Notes: a model not told the origin generated them from the letters alone. DNA of 63,616 nucleotides, filler included, from Chiloscyllium plagiosum (GCF_004010195.1; 6 parts of one record of this genome joined end to end with filler, not necessarily neighbours in it), one strand, 5' to 3'. Counted from the whole stretch's first letter, positions 12,548 through 24,914 are shown. A program made the numbers and translations.

Positions 12548-13950
12548 TGTCTTTAATCCTATATTCAGCATTCGAGTTCGACCTTCCAAAATGCATCACT
12601 TCGCATTTATCCAGGTTGAGCTCCATCTGCCATTTCTGCCTTCTGTCAGCCAACCAATTCTGAATCCAGATAGCCAAATCTCCCTGTATCCCACACCTCC
12701 TGACTTTATGAATGGGCCTACCATGGGGAACCTTATCAAATGCCTTGCTGAAGTCCATATACACCACATCCACTGCTCGACCTTTGTTGACCTGTCTTAT
12801 CACCTCCTCAAAGAACTCAATAAGGTTAGTGAGGCATAATTTGCCTCTCACAAAGCAATGCTGACTGCCTTTAACCACTCTATGCTTTTCCAAATAATCA
12901 TAAATCCTATCCCTCAGAAGTCTTTCCAAAACCTTGCTGACCACAGCGTAAGACTGACTGGTCTGTAATTGCCAGGGATTTCCCTATTCCCCTTCTTGAA
13001 AAGAGGAACAACATTCGCCTCCTTCCAAACCTCTGGTATGACTCCTGTGGAGAGTGAGGAAACAAAGATCTTCACCAGCGGCTTAGTAACCTCCTTTCTC
13101 ACTTCCTGGAGCAACTTAGGATAAATCTGGTCTGGGCTGAAAATGTGTTGCTGGAAAAGCGCAGCAGGTCAGGCAGCATCCAAGGAGCAGGAGAATCGAC
13201 GTTTCGGGCATAAGCCCTTCTTCAAATCTGGTCTGGCCCTGGGGACTTAGCAATCTTAATGTTTGCCAGAATTTCCAGCACATCAACTTCATCAATTTGG
13301 ATCTGTTCAAGCCTGTTTCCCAGCTCCTCAAAGTTCTCATTCACAGCAAGGTCCCTTTCCTTAGTGAAACCGAAGCAATAAACTCATTTAGGGCTTTCCC
13401 TATCTGCTCAGACTCCAGCACAAGTTCCCTAAGCTGTCCCTGATCGGCCCTACCTTCTCCCTGATCATTCTCTTATTCCTCACATCTGAGTAAAATGCCT
13501 TTGGGTTCTCCCTAATCCTTTCTGCCAAGCCTTTTTCATGCCCCCTCCTGGCTCTCCTCAGTCCATTTCTGAGTTCCTTTCTAGCCAGCCTGTAATCCTC
13601 TAAAGCTGTGCTCGATCCTTGCTTCCTCCACCTTACGTAAGCTGCTCTGTTCTCATCATCCAAGGCTCCTTAATCTTACCCCTTCTTATCTTTCTCAGAG
13701 GAACACGTTTATGCATCACTCGCAACAACTGCTCCTTAAACAGTCTCCGCATGTCTGTTGTGCCCTTTCCGTGGAACAATTGCTCCCAGTCTGTACTTCC
13801 CAACTCCTTGTCTGGTAGGGTCACAATTTCCTTTTCCCCAATTCAATATCTTCTCTTAGTAACTGCTGCTTTCCCTCTCCAAGGCTGTGGTAAATGTGAG
13901 GCAGTTGTGGTCACTGGCAGCAAAGTGTTCTCCCACCGCGAGATCTGGCA
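12548..13950 (-). mobile_element. CR1 LINE ORF2 fragment inside the satellite
   Basis: Peptides VVYMDFSKAFDKVPHGR, NVVPLFKKGNREIPGNYRPVSLT and ENPKAFYSDVRNKR. Confidence 0.9.
13136..13223 (-). mobile_element. Short PLE terminal fragment with hammerhead core truncated at C3
   Basis: Minus strand reads TGAAGAAGGGCTTATGCCCGAAACGTCGATTC. 13-bp TSD AAATCTGGTCTGG (13123-13135, 13224-13236). Confidence 0.85.
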
Positions 13951-15820
13951 CATAGCCCAGATTATAAAGTGAACATTACACACTCACACAGCTGAGCGTA
14001 CAGCGTGATCATATACACTCATATAGCCCAGAGAACATTTTTGACTGTTACACACACAGGCCAAAGTGCAGTGTGAACAATACACATGTACGTACTCCAG
14101 AGTATGGTGTGAGCATTAGATACTCACTTTGCCCAGGGTACAGTGTGAGCATTATACATTCATATAGGTCAGAGTACAGTGTGAGCATTACACACTCACA
14201 CAGCCCAAAGTACCATATAAACATTACACATTTACATAGTCCAGAGTACAGTGTGAACATTAGACACTTGTACAGCACAGAAGTGTGTTTGTTACACACT
14301 CATGCAGCCCAGACTACAGCATGAACATCACACATTCATGTAGCCAGAACACCATATGAACAATACACACTCACACAACTCACAGTACAGTCTAAACAAT
14401 ACACATTAACATAACCCAAAATGCAGTTTGAACATTAGACAATCCCACAGCCCAGCTTAAGAGTGATCATTGCACACCCACACAGGCCATAGTAGAGCGC
14501 GAGTATCACATTCTCACAAATCTCTGAGTACAGTTTGAACATTACACAACCCATGGTACAGTGTGAACACTAAATATTCACACACAAGAGTATAGTGTGA
14601 ACATTACATAATCATAGCTCAGAATACAGTTTGAACATTAGACACTGACACAGCCCAGAGTAGAGTGTGACTATTACATACTCACAAAGCTCAGAGTATA
14701 GTTTGAACACCGCACATTCACATATCCCAGATTACAGTGTGAACATTACACACTCACACAGCCCACAGCACAGTGTGAACATTGCATACACGCACACACA
14801 CACACAGACAAGATGCAGTTTCAACATTACATACTCACACAGCCCTGACTACAGTGTGAACATGACACACTCATGTAGCCAGAACACAGTATGAACAATA
14901 CACACTCACACAACCAACTATGCAGTCAAAACATTACTACACAGGCCAGAATACAGTTTGAACATTAGACACTGACACAGCCCAGCTTACAGTGTGATCA
15001 TTACACACTCACACAGGCCAGAGAACATTTTGACTGTTACACACACAGGCCAGAGTACAGTGTGAACATTACATACATATGTACTCCAGAGTGCAGAGTG
15101 AGCATTAGACACTCACTTTGCCCAGGGTACATTGTGAACATTGCACACTTATATAATCCAGAGTGCGGTGTGAGCATTAGACACTCACTTTGCCAAGGGT
15201 ACATTGTGAACATTGCACACTTATGTAATCCAGAGTGTGGTGTGAATGTTGTACACACAGAGAGTTCAGAGTATCATGTGAAAAGATGAACTTGCACATC
15301 CCAGTGTAAATTGTGAACATTATACACTCAGACAGCCCAGAATACAGGGTGACATTTACTCTCACAGCCTAGAGTACAGTGTGGACATTACACACTCACA
15401 CAGCCCACAGCACAGTGTGACTATTAGAAGCTCACAAAGCCCACAATAGTGTGAACATTACAGACACACACAGACAAGAGTACAGTATGAACATTACACA
15501 TGCCTGCAGCCCAGAGTACCATTATGAATGTTATACAGTCACAGAGACCAGAGTACAGTGTGAACATTAGACATTCACTCAGCCCAGAGTAAAGTGTGAA
15601 CATGGCACACTCACACAGCCAAGAGTACATTGTGAACTTTACACACTTACACAGCCCAGAGTAGAGTCTGAACATTACACACTCTCACAGGCAAAATGCA
15701 TTGTGAACATTACACACTCACAGAGCCTGGAGTACAATGTAAACATTACATATTTACATAGTTCAATACAGTGTGAATATTGGATACTCACACAGCGCAG
15801 ATGTGTGACTATTACACACT

Positions 15821-16000
15821 CAGAGTCAAAAAGTGTGGAACTGAAAAATCACAGCAGGTCAGGCAGCATCTGAGGAGCAGGAGAATTGACGTTTCAGGTA
15901 TAAGCCCTTCATCTGCTCCTCGGATGTTGCCTGATCAGTGCTTTTCCAGCAACACAGTTTTTGACTCTGATTTCTGGTATCTGAAGTCCTCACTTTCTCC
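15821..16000. mobile_element. Fold-back pair of PLE termini
   Basis: AGAGTCAAAAAGTGT...CAGGCAGCATCTGAGGAGCAG is inverted relative to CTGCTCCTCGGATGTTGCCTGA...TTTTTGACTCT; degenerate hammerhead on the minus strand. Confidence 0.75.
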
Positions 16001-16094
16001 TTGTAACACACTCATGCAGCCCAGACTACAGTGTGAATATTACACACTCATGTAGCCAGAACACAAGATGAACAATACATAGCCAACAGTACAG

Positions 16095-16722
16095 GGAGAA
16101 AGTGAGAACTGCAGATGCTGAAGCTCAGAGTTGAAGATTGTGGTGCTGGAAAAGCACAGCCGGTCAAGCAGCATCCGAGGAGCAGGAGAGTCGACGTTTC
16201 AAGCATCAGCTCTTCATCAGGAATGGACCAGCGCCCACACCTCCCCCTCACCTCCGTCCAAGGCCCCAAAGGAGCCTTCCACATCCATCAGAGTTTTACT
16301 TGCACTTCCACACGTCATTTACTGTTATCTGTTGCTCCTGATGCGGTCTCCTCTATGTTGGAGAGACAGGGTGCCTACTTGCAGAACACTTCAGAGAATA
16401 TCGCTGGGACACACACATGAAGCAACCCCACTGCCCCACGGCTGAACACGTTAACTCCCCGTCCTACTCCACCAAGTACATGCAGGTTCTGGGCCTCCTC
16501 CATCGCCAAACCCTAACCACCTGACACCTGGAGGAAGTACGCCTCATCTTCCGCCTTGGGACCCTCCAACCACACGGGATCAATGTGGATTTTACCAATT
16601 TCCTCATTTCCCCTCCCCCCACCTTATCCCAGCTTGATGAAGAGGTTATGCTCGAAACATCGATTCTTCTGCTCCTCGGATGCTGCCAGACCCGCTGTGT
16701 TTTTCCAGCACCACACTCTACA
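16095..16722 (+). mobile_element. Truncated PLE: inverted terminus + GIY-YIG fragment + forward terminus
   Basis: Internal part is homologous to 510-905 (LTSVQGPKGAFHIHQSFTCTS). Both ends carry degenerate hammerhead-type termini in opposite orientations. Confidence 0.85.
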
Positions 16723-18712
16723 GTCGAAACAATACATACACACATAGCCCAGAATACAGTTTGCACATTAGACACTGACACAGCCAACCTTAGAGAGTGA
16801 ACATTACACATTCACACAGCCCAGAGTAGAGTGTGACTATTACACACTCACAAAGCTCAGAGTAAAGTTTGAACATTGCACATTCACAGCCCAGAGTACA
16901 GTGTGAACTTCACACAATCACACAGTCCAGAATACAGTGTGAATAAGGCACACTCACACAGCTCAGATTACAGCGTGAATGTTAGACATTCAGAAAGCAC
17001 ACAGTACAGTCTCAACAATACACACTCACCTGGCCCAGAATGAAATGTGACATCTACTCCCACAGCCTAAAGTACAGCATGAACATTACACACTCATGCA
17101 GCCCAGAATGCCATGTGTGAATATTACACACGCACATCGGCCAGAGCACAGTGTAAACATTAGACTGTCACTCAGTCCGGAGTACAGTGTGCACATTGCA
17201 CATTCACATAGTGCATAGTGTGAACATTAGACACATACATAGTCCAGAATGTAGTTTGAATGTTACACTCTCCTGCAGTCCAGAGTACAGTGTGAACATT
17301 ACACACCCACACCGGCCAGAGTGCAGTGTGAATGTTACGCACATACACAGACCAAAGTACAGCATGAACATTACACACTCACATAGCCAAGAGTACAATG
17401 TGAGCATGACACACTCACACAGACTAGAGTATAGTTGAACACTAGACATTCACAAAGCCCAGAGTACAATTTGAACATTACACACTCATACAGCCCAGAG
17501 TAGAGTGTGAATATTACAAACTCAGGTAGAGCAGATACAGTTTGAACATTACACATACACTTATTCAGAATGCAATACAAACATTACAAACAGCCCCAGA
17601 GTACAACGTGATAATTACACACATATGCAGCCCAGAGTACATTGTGAACATTTCATATTCACATAGTGAAGAGTACAGTGTGAGCATTACACAGTAACAC
17701 AACACAGACTGCAGTGTGAAAATAACACTCAGACAGCCTGGACTACATTGTGAACATTGCACACTCACATGCCAGAGCACACTGTCACTGTTGTACACAC
17801 CCCACAGTACAGTGTGGACATTACACACTCACACAGCCCAGCGTACAGTATGAACATTATACACTCAAATAGCCCAGAGTACAGTGTGAACATTACACAC
17901 TTGCATAGTCCAGAGTCCAGTATGAATATTCCACACTCACACAACCCAGAGTACAATTTGAAATTTACAAACCCACACAGGCCAGAATACAGTGTGCACA
18001 TTGGACACTTACATATTGCAGAATACAGAGTAAAAATTGCACACTCACATAACCTGTATGAATATTACAAACTCAGGTAGAGCAGAGTACAGTGTGAACA
18101 ATATACACTCACACAACCCAGAGTATAGTGTCACTGTTGCACACATCCAAGACTACAGCGTGAACATTACACACTCAGGTAGCCCAGAGTACAGTGTCAA
18201 CCTTACACACTCACAGACCAGGGTAAAGTGTGAATGTTACACAATCAAACAGCCCAGAGTACAGTGTGAATATTGCACACTCACACAATCTATTTTATAC
18301 AATGATGATTAGAAACTTACATAGGCCAGAGTTACAGTCTGAATAGTACACATTTACACAGCTTAGAGTACAGTATGATCTTTACACACTCACAGAGTCG
18401 AGGGTACCATGTCGACATGAGACACTCAGACAATCCAGAGTACAGTGTGAACATTACACACTTGCATAGTCCAGAGTACAGTGTAAATGTTACACACTCA
18501 CATGGTCCAGAGTCCAGTGTGAATATTCCACACTCACACAACCCAGAGTACAATTTGAAGTTTACAAACCCACACAGTGTGCACATTGGACACTTACATA
18601 GTACAGTGTAAACATTGAACACTCACATAACCTGTAAAAAGTGTGAATATTACAAACTCAGGTAGAGCAGAGTACAGTGTGAACATTACACACTCACACA
18701 ACCCAGAGTATG

Positions 18713-18870
18713 ATTAGATTAGATTCCCTACAGTGTGGAAACAGGCCCTTTGGCCCAACACCGACCCTCCGAAGAGTAACCCACCCAGACCCATTTCCCT
18801 CTGACTAATCCACCTAACACTATCGGCAACTCAGAATGGCCAATTCACCTGACCTGCATATCTTTGGACT
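18713..18870 (-). mobile_element. 5'-truncated HE1-like SINE
   Basis: Matches the 3' half of the SINE at 33570-33886; (ATTAG)n tail on the + strand. Confidence 0.8.
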
Positions 18871-19485
18871 GTGTTACTGTTGCACACATCCAAGAGTAGA
18901 GTGTGAATGTTACACAATCAAACAGCCCAGACTACAGTGTCAATCTTACACACTCACACAGACCAGGGTAAAGCGTGAATGTTACACAATCAAACAGCCC
19001 AGACTACAGTGTCAATCTTACACACTCATACAGACCAGGGTAAAATGTGAATGTTACACAATCAAACAGCCCAGACTACAGTGTCAATCTTATACACTCA
19101 CACAGACCAGGGTAAAGCGTGAATGTTACACAATCAAACAGCCCAGAGTACAGTGTGAACATTGCACACTCATGAAATCTATTTTACACTATGATGATTA
19201 GAAACTTACATAGGCCAGAGTACACTTAGAACAGCACACACTTACACAATTCAGAGTACAGTGTGATCCTTACACACTCACAGAGTCCAGGATACCATGT
19301 CGACATGAGACACTCAGACAGTCCAGAGTACAGTGTGGACATTACACACTCACACAGTTGAGGCTGGACAAACATACAGTACAATACACTCACCCAAAGG
19401 TGGAACACACCATCTGTCACACACACACACATTCCAAGATACTAAAGTTGCCATACACTGCCCCAACCTCAGCTCCCCCTCTCAC

Positions 19486-19573
19486 ATGGACTTGCAGAAT
19501 TGTATCCTGGATGATATACACACCATCTCCAACAGCCTCAACAGCTTCCCTCTTTGTCATTGGCCTTCAATTT
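19486..19573 (-). pseudogene. Candidate exon of the unidentified gene (EIEGQ/MTKREAVEAVGDGVYIIQDTILQVH, needs a 1-nt frameshift)
   Basis: Donor CAT|GTGAGA; weak acceptor cgcacacag. Confidence 0.25.
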
Positions 19574-19654
19574 CTGTGTGCGGGATCTAGCTGAGCTTAT
19601 GCTGATTCCACTGGGGGGGGGGGTCAGTGTTCCCAGCAGTAACCTTTTCCAGTT

Positions 19655-19925
19655 TATTCATGCATAGGATGTGCGCCTCGCTGGAGAGTTGGCATTTGAT
19701 GCCCATCCGTAGAGGCCGGTGAGCATCAGCTGTGGGTCTGGAGCCATGTGTAGGCCAGACCCAGGTGAGGGTGGCTGCTTTCCTGTACCTGAAGGGCATG
19801 ACTGAACCAGATGGGTTTCTCTTTTTTGACCGCAGCCCGTTAAATCGATTGGCCAATTTTGAATTCCAGATTTTTTTTATTGAATTCAAGTTTCGCATCA
19901 TCTGTCCAGGGTGGGATTCAAACCA
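19655..19925 (-). mobile_element. DeuSINE/SacSINE1-like tRNA-derived SINE (degenerate)
   Basis: B-box-like GGTTTGAATCCC head on the minus strand. The 3' tail resembles the LINE tail at 40260-40317. Family name is from memory. Confidence 0.6.
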
Positions 19926-20373
19926 GCTCACTGCTCCAGGGGCTGCTGTTTCTCATCGCCTCCAATCATCACCCCACTTGCCTGTGTTATAGCATATCCC
20001 ATCCAAGTGCTGGAATGTGGCTCGAACTCAGGGTGCTCCTGGGCCAGAGGCAGAAACACTATCCACTGCACCACCAGAGCTCCTCCTCCTGCAGCAGTGA
20101 CTGTATAACACAAGTACAGTATTTCCCCACCAGGTCTGTTTGAGCTGCCATAAAACAAAAAGGCACTTGACGGATCACCTGAATTCCTTAATTCAGTGAC
20201 GGAATTCCCTAAAGATTTAGCCCGCCCTCGGCCAGCTGAATACAGCTCTTTTCTCTCTTTTTAGAAACACACACACCCACAAACCGCGGAACAACGTAAC
20301 ACTGTCGGCTGTGACTGGGACACTCAGAAAACCTGAAGCAGATGATTGTTTGACTCCTGTCAGCCAGACCTAC

Positions 20374-20471
20374 CTGTAAATGCCTGAAACTCCCCCACTC
20401 CAGCAGCGCACTGTCCCACCCGGGGGCTGGGGGGTGGAGAGTGGAGGCAGACTCTGTCTTCAGGAAGGTGC
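20374..20471 (-). CDS. Candidate exon of the unidentified gene (HLPEDRVCLHSPPPSPRVGQCAAGVGEFQAFT)
   Basis: Good acceptor tcacttcaccttctgacag and donor CAG|GTAGGT; 98 nt. Confidence 0.4.
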
Positions 20472-20600
20472 CTGTCAGAAGGTGAAGTGACAGCAAATAT
20501 TCCTCAGGCCTGCAGTGACCGGTAATCCACCCCTATAACCTCTCCAAACACGAGAGATCCTTTCCCTGTCACCGCAACATTCAACAAACAGAGTGCACAC

Positions 20601-20701
20601 CGGCTCAGAATCCGGCCTGTTGTGGTTTCAGTTGTCACAACAAGGCCCTCAAAGCGGAGAGCTGCAACCCGGCAGTGTTCAGCTCATTTGTACTCCTCAT
20701 C
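20601..20701 (-). pseudogene. Candidate exon with in-frame TGA (DEEYK*AEHCRVAALRFEGLVVTTETTTGRILS)
   Basis: Acceptor ttcagtcag and weak donor GTGTGC. Ends in phase 2, matching the next exon. All three frames contain a stop. Confidence 0.3.
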
Positions 20702-21794
20702 CTGACTGAACACACACACACAGACACACACAGACACAGGCACACACAGACACAGACAGACAGACAGACACAGACACACACACACACAGGCACACACACA
20801 CAGACACAGGCACACNNNNNNNNNNNNNNNNNNNNNNNNNNNNNNNNNNNNNNNNNNNNNNNNNNNNNNNNNNNNNNNNNNNNNNNNNNNNNNNNNNNNN
20901 NNNNNNNNNNNNNNNNNNNNNNNNNNNNNNNNNNNNNNNNNNNNNNNNNNNNNNNNNNNNNNNNNNNNNNNNNNNNNNNNNNNNNNNNNNNNNNNNNNNN
21001 NNNNNNNNNNNNNNNNNNNNNNNNNNNNNNNNNNNNNNNNNNNNNNNNNNNNNNNNNNNNNNNNNNNNNNNNNNNNNNNNNNNNNNNNNNNNNNNNNNNN
21101 NNNNNNNNNNNNNNNNNNNNNNNNNNNNNNNNNNNNNNNNNNNNNNNNNNNNNNNNNNNNNNNNNNNNNNNNNNNNNNNNNNNNNNNNNNNNNNNNNNNN
21201 NNNNNNNNNNNNNNACACCCCGGTCCCAGAGAGAGAGGGGGGAAAGGACAGTGTATCTTCCCCTCACACACACACACACACACACAGACACTCACACATA
21301 GAGACACACACAGAGACACACAGACACTCACACATACAGACGCTCACACACACAGACACACAGACACACTGACGCACACACAGACACACGCATGCACAGA
21401 CACGAACACACACACAGAGACACACATACAGACACACAAACAGACACTCACACACACAGACACACACACAGAAACAAAGACGTACAGACACATACACACA
21501 CTTTCTGTCACACCAACCATATCTTTCTCTCTCACACACTCTCACGCACACACACTTCTCACACATGCACACATATGCACACAAACACTCTGTCTCATGC
21601 ACTCTCTGTCTCTGTGTGTGTGTGCATGTGTGAGAGAGAGAACATGTGTGTTTGAGAGAGAGACACACACACAAAATGATTCATGCCATCAGCGCTGAGT
21701 AATTTGTTACAAATCCACCTGGCATCCTACCCACTGCCTCCCTGCCTGCCCATGCCCCCACTGCCATTTAATTCACAGTCAATTGCCAGCTCAC

Positions 21795-21854
21795 CAGGGG
21801 GCAAACCCTCTGCCCTTGGTTTTTAACAGGAAGCAGAAAGAGACAAGGTAATTG
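21795..21854 (-). CDS. Candidate exon of the unidentified gene (QLPCLFLLPVKNQGQRVCPL)
   Basis: Acceptor ctccacctccccag, donor CTG|GTGAGC; 60 nt. Confidence 0.4.
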
Positions 21855-22101
21855 CTGGGGAGGTGGAGCGGGGTTCCACCATAATGGGTCCCTGGGCCTG
21901 TCCAAACATCTTCCCCCACAACCTCACCCCACCTCCAGTTCGTTCCTCTGTCCAACCACCCCACCCCACCCCACCCCACCTCATTCCTCTCCCATCCATT
22001 ACCTCACAGACCCTGACCCCCACCTTCCCCCACCAGACCCTGCTAATCTGGCCCTCCACCAGCAACCCAAGCACTTCTCCATGTCATCCAGTGCAACTCA
22101 C

Positions 22102-22152
22102 CAGCTGCAGTACCAGCAGTGGCCACACCAAGGAGAGGGCGTACTTGTGATG
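22102..22152 (-). CDS. Candidate exon of the unidentified gene (HHKYALSLVWPLLVLQL)
   Basis: Acceptor gctgctttacag, donor CTG|GTGAGT; 51 nt. Confidence 0.4.
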
Positions 22153-22553
22153 CTGTAAAGCAGCCAGCCTTTGATTGGTTAGCCAGTCTCTGAGGTAGGA
22201 CTTCCAGACTCCATTTGACATCAAGCCCACTGCCAGCCAATTAACAATGCCCTGTAATCTCTGCTAGAATAGTCTGATTTATCAATCTTGCCCCAAAGCC
22301 CTTTGCTCGGAATGATTCACGTTTGAACGTCACTCAGGAACCTGCATTCCAGTCAAAACGGGTCACGTTTGTCATGTGACTCCTGGTTCTTTGGCCAATC
22401 ACCTTGAATCTCTGACGTCGGGTTACTAACCCCTTCGGCCACTTGGAAAACATGGTTTTAAACAGCTCCATCAGACCTTCATGCTCTAAGGAGAAGAACT
22501 CTAGCCTCTGCCCGTGGCAGAATAATTCCACTCAGTCAAACTTCCTCACTCAC

Positions 22554-22607
22554 TTTGTCTCTCGTGGATTCACTGAACAACACGAAAGATCTTTGTGAGG
22601 TCATTGT
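22554..22607 (-). CDS. Candidate first coding exon (MTSQRSFVLFSESTRDK)
   Basis: acaATG at 22604, donor AAA|GTGAGT; only this frame is open. Confidence 0.35.
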
Positions 22608-22920
22608 CTACAAATGCTGACTTGCCCACCATTTTTAAACAATGCAAAGAGAGCACTATGGGAGCCAAAGTGGTGAGGGCGATGTGTCCAAACAGGAGAG
22701 AAAGAAAATTGACCCCGAAGTCGGCAGTGTAGTGGACAATGAAGAAGGTTATCTTGGAGTGCAATGGGACCTTGATCAGATGGGCTGCTGGACTGAGGAG
22801 TGTCAGATGGTGTTAAATTTAGATAAATGTGAGGTGCTGTATTTTGGAAGGGCAAATCAGGGCAGCACTTATACATTTAATGGTAAGGCCCTGGGCAGTG
22901 CTGCTGAGCAAAAAGACCTT

Positions 22921-23260
22921 GGGTCGGCACAGTGGCTCAGTGGTTAGCACTGCTGCCTCACAGCGCCTGGGACCCGGGTTTGATTCCAGCTTTGGGTGAC
23001 TGTCCATGTAGAGTTTGCGTATTCTCCCCGTGTCTGTGTGGGTTTCCTCTGGGGGCTCCAGTTTCCTCCCACAGTCCAAAGATGTGCAGGTTAGGTAGAT
23101 TGGTCATGCTAAATTGTCCATAGTGTTTAGGGATGTGTAGGTTAGTTGCATTAGTCAGGGGAAATGTAGAGGGAATGGGTTTTGGGTGAGATACTTTTTG
23201 GAGGGTCAGTCTGTGCATTGTTGGGCCGAATGGTCTGTTTCCACACTGTAGGGATTCTAT
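22921..23260 (+). mobile_element. HE1-like V-SINE
   Basis: tRNA-derived head GGCACAGTGGCTCAGTGGTTAGCACTGCTGCCTCACAGCGCC, V-domain GGTTTCCTC...CCCACAGTCCAAAGATGTGCAGG and CR1-like tail. Confidence 0.9.
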
Positions 23261-24136
23261 GAGTCTGTGAATTGCAGAGGCACAAGTGCACGGTTCCTTA
23301 AAAATGGAGTCACAGTGGATAGGGTGGTGAAGAAGGCGTTTGGTATGCTTGCCTTTATTGGTCAGTGTATTGAGTATAGAAGTTGGGAGGTCATGTTGCC
23401 ACTGTACAGGATATTGGTTTGGCCACTTTTGGTGTATTGCATTCAGTTCTGGTCTCTCTGCTATAGGAAAGATGTCATGAAACTTGAAAGGATTTAGAAG
23501 GATGTTGCTGGGATTGGAGGGTTTGAAGGGAGAGACTGAGAGAGTAGGGGAGTCCAGAACTAGAGTCATAGAGACATACAGGATGGAAACAAACCCTTCA
23601 GTCCAATTCGTTCATGCTGACCAGATGTCCTACATTAATCTAGTCCCAATTGCCAGCATTTGCCCCATATCCCTCTAAGCTCTTCCTAGTCATATACCCA
23701 TCCAGATGCCTTTTAAATGTTGTAATTGTACCAGCCTCCACCACTTCCTCTGGCAGCTCATTCCATACACACACCACCCTCTGTGTGAAAAAGTTGCTCC
23801 TCAGGTTCTTTGTAAATCTTACCCCCCTCACCTTGAACATATAGCCTATCCTTTTGAACTCCCCCACCCCAGGGGGAAAAGACCTAAACTATTCACCCTC
23901 TCCATGCCCCTCATGATTTTATAAACCTCTATAAGGTCACCCCTCAGCCTCCGATGCTCCAGGGAAAACAGCCCCAGCCTGTTCAGCCTCTCCCTCCAGC
24001 TCAAACCCTCCAACCCTGGCAACATCCTTGTAAATCTTTGCGGAACCCTATCAGTTTAACAGAATTGAATGCTATATTCCAAAAGTGGGCTAATTAGTGT
24101 TCTGTACAGCTGCAACATGACCTCCTAATTCTTATA

Positions 24137-24355
24137 CAGTCGGTTCTGATATAATGCAATAATTCCATTCATGTGCAATCTCGCATTATAAAAAAATCGC
24201 ACAATAGCTGCACCCTTAAAACTAATGGGGCCAAAATCCAGTTCTAGCTAATACAGATAAGGAAAGTTTACGATCTACAAATGATGGTCTAAATTCTTCA
24301 AATGCATTAAGGCCAACTCGTGTTGAAGAAACACACTCTTTTGCAGAACCGACTA
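24137..24355. mobile_element. Tc1/mariner (Tigger-like) MITE
   Basis: TIRs CAGTCGGTTCTG / CAGAACCGACTA, TA TSD (24135-24136, 24356-24357), 219 bp; splits a CR1 sequence cleanly. Confidence 0.85.
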
Positions 24356-24914
24356 TACTCAATGCACTAACTAATAAAGGCTAGCATACCAAACGCTGCC
24401 TTCACTATACTGTCTACCTGGGACTCAACTCCCAAGGAACTATGAACCTGCAATCATGAGAAGGGAAAGGTTTAAAAGGGACCTAAGGGGCAACGTTTTC
24501 CTGCACAGAGTGATGTGTGAGCCCCCAGAGGAGGTGATGAAGATGGGTACAATTACAACATTTAAAGGGCATCTGAGTGGGTACATGAGGAGGAAGGGTT
24601 TAAATGGATGTGGGCCAAATGGGACTAGATTAATTTAGAATATCTGGTTGGCCTGGCCAGGTTGGACGGAAGGGTCTGTTTCTGTGCTGTACGTCCCGGA
24701 TTATAAAATGCTGGGAGTGTGGAAAGAGGAAGCTGGTGTCTCGCAACATCTAGTGGTGGAGAAAGTGCATTTCAGCTCTGCATTCTGAAGAACAATACTC
24801 CAGACAGGACGGCTGGAGGCTAAGCATGTGTCTCCCATTGGGAGGTTTATTGATTGGATTTCATGGGATTGCAGTGTCCTGTGAAGGATGGGATTTTATT
24901 ATATGCTATTTACC

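Larger units (their letters stand above)
9010..19355 (+). repeat. 36-bp minisatellite/satellite array, consensus AGCCCAGAGTACAGTGTGAACATTACACACTCACAC
   Basis: Tandem 36-nt units (12-aa periodicity SPEYSVNITHSH in the ORF track). Interrupted by a gap, a CR1, PLE fragments and a SINE. Confidence 0.95.
22730..24695. mobile_element. Cluster of CR1 fragments in both orientations
   Basis: Plus-strand RT pieces (LNLDKCEVLYFG, VKKAFGMLAFIG), a minus-strand 3' piece at ~23565-24450 and a plus-strand 3' piece at ~24455-24695. Confidence 0.85.

Noticed and set aside
11675..12944. Long ORFs of 190-300 aa
   Set aside because: Inflated by N runs; the same applies to ORFs across 20816-21214 and 41290-41573.
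9010..19355. CRISPR-like array (36-bp repeat) or a repetitive protein with 12-aa repeats
   Set aside because: Units are head-to-tail with no unique spacers and there are no cas genes. ORFs appear in several frames on both strands and are broken by frequent stops and indels.
22102..22152. Thioredoxin/PDI motif PWCGHC in an alternative frame
   Set aside because: Flanking residues do not fit a thioredoxin fold (no FYA before, no KxLAP after), and that frame is closed in the upstream exon candidate. Probably chance.
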